NCBI RefSeq assembly: GCF_009914755.1
Contig: NC_060925.1
Length of the DNA: 64,000 bases
DNA from: the human T2T-CHM13v2.0 reference genome, Homo sapiens
Reading direction: 5' to 3' (one strand)
Shown here: positions 39,194-53,885 of the stretch, one piece after another
How positions within the stretch are numbered: position 1 is the stretch's first letter
Layout of the letters: every line of letters begins with the position of its first letter
Position numbers and translations under genes: made by a program
The notes under the pieces: generated by a model
The model's database searches: none
Told to the model about the DNA's origin: nothing
What the model saw: the letters and a program-made list of their open reading frames with translations, nothing else

Positions 39194-40861
39194 GTACAGA
39201 ACATTTTATAAAATACATTTTTGTGATCATTTACACATATACAAAGACTTAAATGGTTTTAGCAAATAATAATTTTTCTAAAACACAATCACAGTTTACA
39301 TAATTCTGAGGTAAAGGTCTTGAATCTATCCTAGATGAAAAGTCCTAGCCCATGAGGGTCTCTAACAGGGGGATGTGTCCACTGAACCTTGAGTTCTGGC
39401 ACCCAGACGGATTGATGAGAGGGCAGGCTACACCTGCTTCATTTCAGAGATGATTCAAAATTTCAGAACTTAATGCTCCTGGTTCAGTTCTACTAAGTTA
39501 ATGCTTCTTTTTTTTCCCAACATGTAACTCTCTCAGTCTTGTCAGAACACAACTTCTGCTATGGAGGAAATATTTCCATCAGGAAAGGGCCAAGTTAGTG
39601 TCTTAACTTGACTGCCTTGAATGGGGACTCTGGACCCCAGGAAGAATGTATTTAGGCTCCTCACAAAAAAGAGTGATGGCTGGGCAAAACAAATGTACTG
39701 CAAGACCCATCTTCCCTCCAGTTAATACACTCCCAGGATGGGCTGCAGAGGGGGAGACTCTGAGAGAAGCTGGAGGCCCACAAAAGTCCACTGACCCTCT
39801 TTCTGTCCCAGAAATGAATAAAGGACCCAGTTGTGCTTTCCTTCCAAAATCCTCAACAAAGTTGTTTGTGCTCCAAGAAAATGTGGGAATAAAAAAATCA
39901 TGTCCCAGGTCATCTTTGTGTGTGTGCGGGGGAGGTGGATGGGAGGAAAAGGCATGTATTAATAGATACTGCTGCTATAAAATGACATAAATTATAGCCC
40001 TTGATCTGTTTCTGTAAACAATGCCAGCTTCTTCAGGTTATTGGCAACTACCCCTAATATACCTAGCCCAGATCCTTTCATAAAGTCAAGTGCTATATTT
40101 CCAAAATAATCCTATGAAATCATGAAGGTTGTGAAGGTTTAATATGAAGACACCCTCTCTTTTGTGTGCTTTTTTCACCTTTTATAAAGAAGTTTGCAAA
40201 TATAATCAGGACACCAAATAAGTAATTAAAACCCTTCAGGGATAGCTCACTTATGATGCAAACCTGAGCACTGGCCTCATATTTTATAATATCATGAGTA
40301 ACATCTGAGGGTAAAAGTGTTTGCCGGGCAATGAGTCACCTTGTTGGACAATTTAAGACAAGTAAGGCTGGATCTTTCCAGTAAGCTGCTCAAATGGCAG
40401 AACTCCAATTTTTCGTCATGCTGGGAAAAGGAAAATTACACTTCTGCTTCTTTGTACCATCAAATAATCTGGTGAATGGCATGTGAGAATAAAGCAAAAG
40501 TGTATTAAGATTTACTGATGACTGGCATTCATGGTATCTGACCAGAAGAAGTAAAGGGAAGCACGAACCAATGTGTTTGCAGGGCTCTTCTGGGAAGAAC
40601 AGCTCTTGGTTTTGCCCTGGTCCCTGACAATGACAGACTGGCAGGCTGTTTCTTGCACAGCTCTAGGCAAGCCATTAATCTGTCAGTACCAGCATCTTTA
40701 GAAATCTCAGCATTAAGACTTAGGAGGGGCTAAGGAGGGAGGATGTTGAACAGCCAGAAATGCAGCTTTTTAAACACTTCAGTTAATTCACGATGCTGTG
40801 CAGGCTTCTATTTATCCCTTCTCTGAAATTTTTGGTGCAGGGTGCAACACGGGATTTGAAT

Positions 40862-40903
40862 TTATTCATCCTCTTCCACATATGTGGATGGAAACCAGCC
40901 CAC
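40862..40903 (-). CDS. VAV3: VAV3 last coding exon (VGWFPSTYVEEDE-stop)
   Basis: ttttttAG|GTGGGCTGGTTTCCATCCACATATGTGGAAGAGGATGAATAA; completes the SH3 GWFPxxYV motif; TAA at 40862-40864. Confidence 0.97.
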   Translation of the reverse strand: MGWFPSTYVEEDE

Positions 40904-41577
40904 CTAAAAAAGAAAAGCAACCAACACAGCAACATGACTTTGTATCTGACACTTCAAAGGATTCTACAAACAGAGTATTTTGTTTTCATAACACCCCAAT
41001 TAAACTGGGGTTTTATGTCCATTGTAGGTGAGAAGATTGGTTTAACTGCTCTTAGAAGCCTAATAGAGTAAATGATCGAAATGGAGGAATAAAATAAACA
41101 GTGTTCTAATCCACTAGCACACAAATAAATATGTAAATTAAGTATAATACAGGGGGGCTCTGCTGCATAATGATTCCTATTTCTGCTGTAGAACAGGATG
41201 AAAAGACAGAGGTACTATGTCCCATTCTTTCCAATTTACATCAGCAGTTCTTATAGATATTTTGCAATACACATAAAGTTTAGCTCTATGGCTCAGGGTC
41301 TAAAAAGAACTGAAATGCTCCTCGACTCTTTTCCAAGCAGCAAGCTGTCCCACTTGCCCAGGTGAATTTTATTTATGTCACTATCATATTCATTTCAAAT
41401 ATTTTCAGCGAGTCCCTGGTATCAGCAAAACACAGCACCAGTTTCCAGAGGGCAGAGGCCTGTGGGCTGAAAGCTGTAATACAGTATAGAGGCTTCTCCC
41501 TGGTGCCACAATGGGTGCAAACAACTGCTCAGTCCCCTTCTTTCACATGCACCAGCACATCGAGAGGGCCAACTTAC

Positions 41578-41729
41578 CCTGCCATTTACTTCTCCTCTCC
41601 ACCAGCCATTTGCACTCATCTTTGTGTAAATCTTCACCACATCTCCTTTCAACAAGGACAACTCTCTCATATCTCTTGCACAGAAGTCATACCGAGCGAT
41701 GGCAATGCCCAGCACTTTTGGACTTAACA
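41578..41729 (-). CDS. VAV3: VAV3 penultimate exon (C-terminal SH3)
   Basis: ttcttgacAG|TGTTAAGT...GGCAGG|GTaagtt; 152 nt; LSPKVLGIAIARYDFCARDMRELSLLKGDVVKIYTKMSANGWWRGEVNGR with SH3 motifs ARYDF, ELSL, GWW. Confidence 0.97.
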
Positions 41730-42493
41730 CTGTCAAGAAATGACAAGCAATGACAGTAGGTTTGCAGTTCGTTAACAACCATAACAACCTAATCAGATGA
41801 ATGTTATTGATGCTATCAAATGCACAGTCGTGATTTCATTACAGACCAGCGATAATGGCAGAGGAGCTTGAAAGCAGCAGAATTGCTGTTTCAATTCAAT
41901 CAGGTGCAAGCAAATTCGCTTCATAAGTTTAAAGAACCATTGTCCTGTTTTTCCATTCTTCATAAGAACCTCAATCAAAGTAAGGACTAGTTTTTATAAA
42001 AATGAAACAAAACAAAACAAAAAAACAAATTAAAAAAACTCGTTAATATCTAAGTATCTAAGGAGATAGATTCTAAAATAATTTCATCATACACTTCCTA
42101 TTGATGGCCCAGTAATCTAACCAGCACCTCCAAGGTAAAGCTTTATGTTTTTATCCAGTAACTGCTTTAACTAACACTCAAAACAACGAAATATTTTGCT
42201 CTGATGTCAGTCTCTTGTCAAATCTATGTTATCACTTCTGGTTAAGTGGCACTTTCTTCCCTAACAAGGCTTTCTATGTTAAAACTATTTGGGGATAAAT
42301 TTAGTTATTGTTTTGTATATAATTCACCTAAGTGAAGAGGTGTGAATCAGGTCTCAGAGAAGGAACACACAAATACCATCTATATTTTCTTTCTTTGAAA
42401 CAAATACTGCCTTACAGAAAAACTTTACTGATGTATCTAATCAAAAATAAGATGTCAGGGTATTAAATATCCTGTGTTCAGAGTTGAGTTTCT

Positions 42494-42496
<3 letters not shown>

Positions 42497-42549
<53 letters not shown>
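42497..42549. repeat. (TG)~26 microsatellite in VAV3 intron
   Basis: Perfect dinucleotide run. Confidence 0.97.
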
Positions 42550-42551
<2 letters not shown>

Positions 42552-43910
42552 AATATTCGATGGCAGGAGAGGAGCTAACTTTCTCCCTGGCCCTGCTGGC
42601 CCTGTTCTGAAAAGAAAACTCCATTCCAGTGGTTCATGTTTGTTAGTCTCTAGTGTTTCATGGCACGCTTTATATTAACTTCTCTACCTGTTGCTCTTTG
42701 GGGTTATAAAGTGTTTTCAATTATATGTTCAGTGATTCTGAGAATCACTCATCGGAGGTTGGTGAAACTTTATAAATCTTAAATGGTAAAGGAACTTAAG
42801 TGTAAGAAAAAGAGACAAATGGGAAACACCAACCATCTGTATTTTTAACAGTTCCCAGGGCTCAGGCAGCAGAAGTTATGACCTGTGTTACCCTGGAAGA
42901 GCCTGCCCACTTGGCCACAGGGATCTCTGACCTATTATTCATGGCTTTGTAATGACAGAAATTTTTTTAGACTCCAGGTGTCCATCACGAAATAAATGAA
43001 TGGCAATACTCTAGATTTCAGAACTGTAAAGGGAGTAAAAATAGGTCATTTTGTTTTACTGTTCAGGACACAAACCACTTTAATAGCTTTCTCACTGAAA
43101 ACTGTCCCATTACTGGGGCACTACTGTTAGAGTCGGTGCACATAAAAACACCCCTATGATGGAAAAACCCAATCATCAACTGTGTGGTGACCTTGCATAG
43201 GTCTCCTAACCCCTCAAGGCCACATTTTTTCTCATCTATGAAATGAAATGTTTGTACTAGATGACTTCTAAGTTTTTTCTAGTTTTAAATTCTATGATTT
43301 TTATTGGGATGTGCAGGTTAATTTTTAAAAATCGGTCAGAAAACAGACTTTATCTAATGTATACCCTAAATGTCATGTAAATAGCCATTAAACTCTCTGG
43401 GTAATGACAGAAATCAAGACCAAAATGCCCATGCACAAACCGAAGAACTGCAGAATTCATGGGCGCCAGTCATCTTTTCAAGTAATGTGTACTGAATTTT
43501 ACTTTTATATTTGAAAACAAAGTTGGGATTTTATTTCTATTTATTTTCTTCATGAAAATACATAAACATTGGCTTTTTTCAACTAAACTTTCTGGTCTTC
43601 AAGAAAAATAATGATTTTATAGATTTTTCATCCCCCTTTATACTTTCAGCCCCATCCCTCTGCAAACTCTCCCCAACAGATAAATTATAGAATGTCTCAT
43701 GGCATGAGCACACACACAAACACCAGAGGAGTGAAATGTCATGATGAACGGTGACTATGACAGAGAAGAGTAAAGTGCATGGTGGTAATGGAACTCGAGG
43801 GATTGTCTGTGAGGAGATGTATCCGTATGAGAAGCCATACATGGAACTCAAATATTTTATTTGCAAGCAGAAGCAAGTTGAAGAGACAAATAAAAGTAGT
43901 AAAGCAGTAC

Positions 43911-43994
43911 CTGACCAGAAAGGAGTGGAAGAAGGGGGAACAAAGCTGTAGTCTGGAGGAGTTACAAAAGAAAAGCCACAGAACAAAGAGGGGG
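43911..43994 (-). CDS. VAV3: VAV3 alternative cassette exon, 84 nt, frame-preserving (SPSLFCGFSFVTPPDYSFVPPSSTPFWSV)
   Basis: Long pyrimidine tract with branch-like CTAAAT, then AG at 43995-43996; GT donor at 43909-43910; 84 nt, phase 1-1, no stop; peptide resembles the recalled optional VAV2 linker segment ending ...SAPFWSV. Confidence 0.85.
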
Positions 43995-44919
43995 CTTTGA
44001 GAAAGAAAGAAAAAGAGAGAAGCAAAAGAGCATTTAGGTATTGGCAAAAATATCTCAACACAACCATTTTCACCCACTTCTTTCCTATCACCATTTCTAA
44101 ATGAAGAACAAGCCAAACTTTTACATTTTGATAGACAATAGTATTTTGCAATTCAGAGCTGTCTATCCTTTTACAGGCAAACACAGAGAATACCCACTCC
44201 ACATTGCCATCTTTGAACCCCATCCATCCAAGGATGGCCAACAATGGCCTCATCCTTTTGATGTGGTGCCCAATTCCCACTTTGTTACATCAGTGGAAAG
44301 GGGTAACCTGTAGATGCTTACTGTAAAGTAATCCTTCACATCAAAACTATTATAAAGAAAAGCCTGTAAGATGGTATCAATGAAACATGCAGAACCCATG
44401 GAAAATTCAAGAAAATTATTCATACAATTTGTTACAAACCACCTCCATCCTCCCAGCCAAGCATGCACATCCCAGCTTATTTTCAAAAGGAGAAAAGTGC
44501 AGTTAGAAATGAAAACCACTCTGACTCTTATAGCTGGAAAAAAGTAAATACATCCTCCACATTGTAGAGATGTACAGAAAAGTTACATGTCTATGGATGC
44601 TCTAAAACTTTCATTTTACTTTTAATATAAGAGCTAATCACATTTATCAAATGGTTTTGAAGTCTTAGATACCATGCTGAAAGTGCCATACTCAGTATTT
44701 CACTTAATTGTCACAGCTCTAAGAGGAAGGTACTAATATTATTTCCCCTTTACATATGAGAAAAATCTGGACTCAAACCTAAGTGATGTGACTCCAGGGT
44801 ACCTGCTCTTAGCGACTGCTGCACTACTGTGCAACTGCCACTCTGCTTCAGGCACCTCCGCAGGCAGCTATATAAATTGACCTGCTGATACTATGGTGCC
44901 ACTGCAATGGAAAAGGAAG

Positions 44920-45415
44920 GTGTGGTTGTATACTTTCTCCCAGTATTTATTCTCCCCTTCTTTCATGTCTTAGATTATGCATTGGGCTATGTTTGCCTAG
45001 AGAGAAGGCTACATTTCTCAGCCTCCCTTGCAGTTCGGTATAGCCATACAACCAAGTTCTGGCCAATGGAATATAAACAAAAGTGTCATGAGACAGCTTC
45101 TGGGACCTTTCCTAACAATACAGTGGACACACGCCTTTGCCTTTCTTTTTGGCTCTTCATTCTATCCTGCTGTCTGGAATATGAAAGCTACTATCTTGGT
45201 TCATGAGGAGGAAAGCCTCCCCTTCAGGATGGTGGAGCATGAGCCTGAAAGAAACTGGATCGCTAAAGATTTCCTGGAACAGAGATGACCAGCCCTGCCC
45301 TCCAGCCCTGGAGTATTTCTAGGATTTTTTGGGAAAGAGAAATAATTATCTTCTTGAAGCCTATTTAAGGTTTTTGGGTTGCTGTTACTTGTACCATGGC
45401 CTAATCTGAACTGTG
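44920..45415 (+). mobile_element. Old MLT1 (MaLR) LTR
   Basis: tgtggttg...ctacatttctcagcctcccttgcagtt...aagttctggccaatggaat...ctgttacttg. Confidence 0.75.
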
Positions 45416-46083
45416 ACAAAAAGTTTTCTACAGCCAAGCATGAGGTAAAAGTGAGCTAAGACAACTGGGAATGAGTTCACATCATCTTCCAATATATTCT
45501 GCCTCTGTTCAGGTAACTGCTTGACTTGACAGCCACAGAATTCTTCCAAAGTTAATACTCTTGTCATGAAAGGGTCCTAGTGATATTTGTGGATAGCAGT
45601 GACTTATTAAGGAGATTCCCAGACACCACCCAAACAGACTGGCCAAGAGAATTGGAGGGAGTTTAGTTATTCTTAGAATCAATGGCCTTGGAGCCCTCAT
45701 ATACACACTGATGCATTAATGACAGACTTTTCTCATGAATGGCCTCATGTTTACTTTTCACCTACCATGAAGTATACTCTTGTTGATAATCAAAGTCCTT
45801 TTCTATTCCATTGCACATTCTGCAGTACATTTTTTATTTTTAAGTATACTGATACATGCCATTACAACTAATTTTTATAATCAGCCCAAATCATTTTCAG
45901 CCATGCAGTAGAAATGGTACATTTTCATTTTCTTGAGATCATGATATAATTTTAGAGGACAGGATGCCACCTCCATTTTAATGAGCAAATGACACACATC
46001 TAACTCTATTATTGGCAGAAAATCTGGTGCTAAGATTTCTATCCTATGTCTGTGAAAACTTCAGTTAGAAGCCCTCATTCTAA

Positions 46084-46272
<189 letters not shown>

Positions 46273-46859
46273 TAAGTGTCCATCCTTGTGTCTCTCTCTC
46301 TGGGACTATTTTATCCATAAAGAAATAAAACACTATATTTCTCCAAAATTTTCAATGAAGGTAATTTACACCAAGAGTCTGGAATATAACAAGAGATAAG
46401 TTAGCTCTAGAAGAGAGAAATGATAAGCCAGTGAAAACACAGTTAAATGCAAATTAAATAATTTCAACAATAGGTAGGTAAATTAGATAAGATAACCTAT
46501 CTGTAATCTTAAAATATCTACTATTCCTGAAGGAATAAGGGTAATACTTGACCAAAGGACTTGAAACTCTGTTTCAATTACAGAATATCAGGGTGCTAGC
46601 CCTCTCTCTTATCTAACTCTAAAAGCCTTATCATCATTCGCATTCCTATCAAGTAGCTAGAATTAGAATCCTCTTAAATCTTATCTAAAATATTATAATT
46701 CCACCCAAACAGTAGTTAGCCCTCACAGTTAGGCTTTGGCCCCGCTGCTGTCTTCACTTAAACTAATGTTTTTCCCTTATGAATGCAGGAGATTCTTCGA
46801 TATGGTTTGGCTTCTCACCTGAATTTCAGACTATGGCTTCAAATGTTTTCATGACACTG

Positions 46860-47730
46860 CTATGAAGACTAGCTTTTATGTCTGATTTAATGTGTCTGAA
46901 ACCAAATTCCTCAACTTATTCCCTGTAATCTAGCTCAAAGTCCCATGTTTCCCCCCTGCAAGAACTCTCCTGTTCTCTCTGTGAACTAGCCTTGCAAAGT
47001 TAGTACACCGTTCAGCCCTCCTTGTCGCCTTTCTAAGTAAAGTGCTTTCTTTCTCTGCAATATGAAGTTAATCGTTCAGTAATTCTCAGCTGCACCATCC
47101 CAATTCAGGTATCTATATCATTCCTACTCTCAGAAAACTGCCAGCCAAATGGTCTTCTTGCTTCTGGCTTTCTTTCTCTTCTGTTCTAAATACTGCCTCA
47201 CAGCAGCTCACCTTTGATGTAAAGTCTATCATGCTATTTGCTAAATTATGAAATCCAAACCCTTGGCCTGAATTCCATGACAATTCATAATCTGGCCACT
47301 CTTGTCTCTCTAATGAAATCTGCATCCATTTCCACATGTGTTCTCTTTACCCAGACCAGCTTCCTACTACCTCCTGAGGCCCTCAGCTACATTTCCAACT
47401 CCAAATATCTGCTCATTCTGGAATGCTGCTCCTTCCCCGACCTCTGCTGACCTTAACTTCCCTGTCTCAAAAGTCCAGCCCAGACCCCTCCCAGGAGCCT
47501 TCCCTGACAATCCAGACAACACTCTGGCCCCTTCTTTGACCTTTCCTAGCCCTCTGGTAGGCATTGCATCATGGCACTTCATGGCTCTGATATTTAATTA
47601 CTGTACGTTCTGTGTTGTATCCCCAATTAGACAGCGATTCTGGAGGGCAGGGGCCAGTTCTAATATTGCTTCTGCATCCTCCACAGGATCAGGTCCAGTG
47701 CTAAGCAACTGAAGCTGCTGAATGGACAAG
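46860..47730 (+). mobile_element. L2 fragments
   Basis: ttaatgtgtctgaaaccaaattcc...gccttccctgac...aattagacagcgattctggagggcagg. Confidence 0.65.
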
Positions 47731-49929
47731 TATCTCGGCAGGGTATTTAATTCTGCAAGTTCCTTATGTCTCCTCCTTCCATTCCTTTAGCTCATCTTCT
47801 GCTCACTTAAACTGCTCCATAAGACTTCCAACAAAGGCCAGCAAAACACCAAGCAAAGAAAGCGAAATATATTCGGGTTCTATTCCGCAGGCTTCCTGAG
47901 CACCACCATCTATCAGTGATATTCCTAAAATAACTATTATTTTTTTTTTCTGAGATGCTGAACACCTATTAAATACTGTATGTCTCACGGCATTAACCAT
48001 ACTCTATGCCTGAGGAATCTTCTTAGGAGTAAAAGGTTAATCAGTTTCTCCTGCCACCCAGTGTATAGCTCTCAGCCAAACATTTTAAGGATTGGTAGGG
48101 ATGCTTTCTACTTTTCTACACACTGTAGCGTGACTTATTGTTGCCACTCTTCCTATATATCAATGGTAAATGCCTTTGGGTCCTTAATTCCTTTGAGCTG
48201 GAAAAACAGCATTTGAATGCCTGGCACCTACTGAGACAAGAGTAAAAGATAACATGTTTCTCCAGGAAAGTATGGATTTAAACCCAGATGTAAGCAATAT
48301 CAGAATAAGGTATTTGATAAAAATATTTTTAGAATGATTTAACCTGTAAAATATATTTCCATCCATACTGATAATATATCCACTTGTTTCTATATATATG
48401 GATGCATGGTTTCATCATCAAACTCCTCCTACCACACCAAGAAACTTCTAAAGTAAAAATTATTGGTAGGTACACGTCCTGGAATAGAATTAAAAAGGGC
48501 CCAGTAACAGTGACATTTAAATGGGAACGTTGAGGTGGTTATCATCTCCCGGACTCTTCATTCACTGCCTAACATTATAGACAACCTACCTGCATCATGT
48601 TGTTCTGGAAGCTTCTTGAAAGAGAACTCTTTTATGCATATTAGCATCCACTTAGATAATATTACACCAATACTGCGACCTTTTTCAATAGGTAATCATT
48701 TGCAAACTGGATGCTTCGTTTAACGGCATAACTTTCCCCCTTTTACAAACACTTTCAACTCCATATTAGCATAGGCAAGGGAGGCCACCTTGCTTAGAGA
48801 GACCATCACACTTAGGTAGGTATCTGGTTATTTTGCATGTGTATGACACCTGGCTCTCAACTGAGCTAACATACATGGGGCATTATTAGCAAATGACTCA
48901 GTGGCTCATAATTTAGTGACTTAAAGTTTCCAATTAGGAACTATTAAGAGCACAGTCAAATATTATTTATCAAGTTTTCCAAGTTAAGCAAAACCTGAAG
49001 TACTAACATTACCTAATATAAATAGAAGTTATCTGTTAAATAAATAAACTTGGAATAGAAGTTATCAGCATAGCCATAATAACTGACTGGCAAATCATTA
49101 GTGGTTATTATTCAGTTCTGAGACCTGACTGAGAAGATAACACCACAAAACACAGAAGAATGCCAATTAAAAAGAAAAAGAACACAGTGTTTATGGTAGG
49201 ATAAAAAAGTACTAGTGACTGGATATTTGATGCCTATACTTTTGTTGCCAAGGCTAAGGATTGTTTTAAAGTATTATGTTCTGCCTTGATCGTGCTATTA
49301 ATGTTCATGAGCAGATGAAAATTTACTCAGTTTTCAGTAATATTTGAAATTTTTACACATTGGAAACCAACCTAATCGACACTCTTCGTTCAGGTACTAG
49401 TTATCAAATCCTAAGTATTTTTGAACTAATAATTATCCTTTACATGTATCAGAGAACATTACCCTAAGTTGCTTGCTAAGTATTCTCTGGGACAGACATT
49501 CCTTAACACTCAGTTTTTAGTTGTAACAAGCACATGTGTTCTCACTCAGGTAACAAAAAGTTGTTAGTAAGAATATGAGAAGATTGGGTCAATGGTACTG
49601 TCAACACTGATCACTTGCGTTTGCTGCCCAGCAGTGGCCCTAGATGTTTTGCTGAAGAACTGTACTCCTAAGTGGGATGCTTTGATGAGCAGTCTAGGAG
49701 GTTCGTTTTGCCAAGATTGTCTACAGATGGCCTAACACCAGAGAACATGCTGAGAATTTAATGAATGCTTAATTTAAATTTGTGATCCTTACCCTGGTTT
49801 TATTTTAGAACTCAGGCATATCGTTTTAGATGCCCTGCAAAATTCATAGACAGAGTATCAACTATCTGCTCCCCAATCTCTCCCAAACAAAATGACCTAA
49901 AACCCTATTGTTTACTGCTTATTGTATAT

Positions 49930-52125
<2,196 letters not shown>

Positions 52126-52639
52126 TAGGAATAATTTAGATTAATTTCATTTAATTGAATGCTGACATCTGGTAAGTAGACAAATTTCTGTTAACCCAAA
52201 GTCCAAAGCTGTAACAAGGAAAACTTATGTCTAGGATTATTGTAAAAAATAAACTACTACTTAGTATTCAATGCTACAGAGTATAAACATATAAAGCCAT
52301 TAACAAGAAAACAAACTAAGTATAAGGTCTTTCTTATTGCTATGGAAAACTGCCTAGGGATTTCAGATTATTTATATGCATATGGCTTATCAAGATGTTA
52401 ATTCTAAATCTATATTTAAAAAATATTTGGCAGACATGTATTATATTGCTAATGTGCCAAAGACTGCTAAGATATCATAGGAGATATAATGAATAGGTAC
52501 AGCCTCTGACATCACAGGAGCTTAGAAATTAGTGAAGAGATAGACACAGACAGAAATTATGTAGAGATATGGAAATGATTGATTTTGGATTGAGAATGCT
52601 ATGATTAGACTTTAGGCTCTATTGGAGCCCTCAACACAA

Positions 52640-53885
52640 AACAAAACCTTCCAAACTCCCAGTTGCTCAGAGCAAAAACCTTAGAATTATTCTTAAGTCT
52701 TCTATTACTATTATACATCACATCTGATGTGTCATAATATCCTTTTGGATCACCCTCAAAATATAAATATAGTCACCTATATGGCTACGTGTTGTTCCAG
52801 GCCACTATCATCTCTTACCTTGATTGCTGTATGGGCCTAACTGGTCTTCCTGTGCCTACTCTGTCATCTATTTTCATGGTTTTTTTTATTATAATACAGA
52901 AACTAGAATAATCCTATTAAAACTTTAAAGACAGACCATGTTTCTCCTTTGCCCACATCCCTCCAATGGTTTCCTGTTTCTTCAAGGGTAAAAGCTAAAG
53001 TCCTTTAGGGCCTTAAGTGATCTGGCCTCACTTACCCCTTGAACCTCATCTCCAGCTACTCTTCCTCTTGGTCCTTCTGCTCTGGCCACATTGCCCAGTC
53101 AGACATACCCCTCCCTTAGCACTGACAGTTCTCTCTTTCACCTCCTTGAGAGTCTTGATTCAAATGCAACCTTCACAATGAAACCTGCTGTGATGTCCTA
53201 TAAAAGTCATGGATCCACACCACTAGTGCCATGTGATGGTGACAGAAACAGAGCTTATTGTGGGAACAACACACAATCAGAGAAGTAGGTAGCGTGCATG
53301 CAATCTCCCAAACTCCCATTGTCCTACTGCTGAGGTGAGGCACAAATGCTCTACACACACTGTAGTTACAGTTTCAGCATCCTGCTCTATGTATTGACAG
53401 GATATTTATGCAAACTTATAATAGCAGAAGCTCCCTGGTCACACAAGTGGCCTGTTAGAAAGAAGTGCTTCTAGAGCCAGTGGCTGGTGTCAGCCTGCTC
53501 TACCATTGAACTAACTCAGAAGTGATGAACCAGCTTTCTGCTACGCTACCAGAAAGAGGGAAAATGAGACTATAGTTTTGTTTTTCATCACCCAACCAGC
53601 CCAGTTAAAAATTGTAAGCCATCCCTCAGCGCTCATGAGTACCACTCCCTTGGCATAGTTTTTTTTTTTTTTTTCCCAGAGCGCTCAGTAACGTCTAACA
53701 TAATACACTTAATTATTTTTCTAAATCCATTAGCTACCTTCCCTACTAGCAAGTGGCATCTCCATTAGAGTAGGGAATTTTATCCATGCTATTCACTGCT
53801 GTATTTTAACAGTGCCTGCCCTGAAGTAGGCTCTCAATTAAGATCTGTTGAATGAATGCATTAATGAATAATGAATGAATGAATG
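52640..53885 (+). mobile_element. L2 3' region, apparently split by a ~450-bp unassigned segment (53200-53650)
   Basis: ccctccaatggtttcc...aaagtccttta; resumes with tagggaatttt...gaatgaatg. Confidence 0.6.

Larger units (their letters stand above)
38690..40861 (-). other. VAV3: VAV3 3'UTR (~2.2 kb)
   Basis: Repeat-poor stretch between the stop codon and AATAAA at 38707-38712 (minus strand); the cleavage position is estimated. Confidence 0.85.

Noticed and set aside
42731-42749. Perfect palindrome AGTGATTCT-G-AGAATCACT
   Set aside because: A single 9-bp-arm palindrome in 64 kb is near chance expectation; no supporting context.
43579-44280. 233-aa minus-strand ORF
   Set aside because: Not a stand-alone gene: low-complexity intronic frame in which only 43911-43994 has splice signals and VAV-like sequence.
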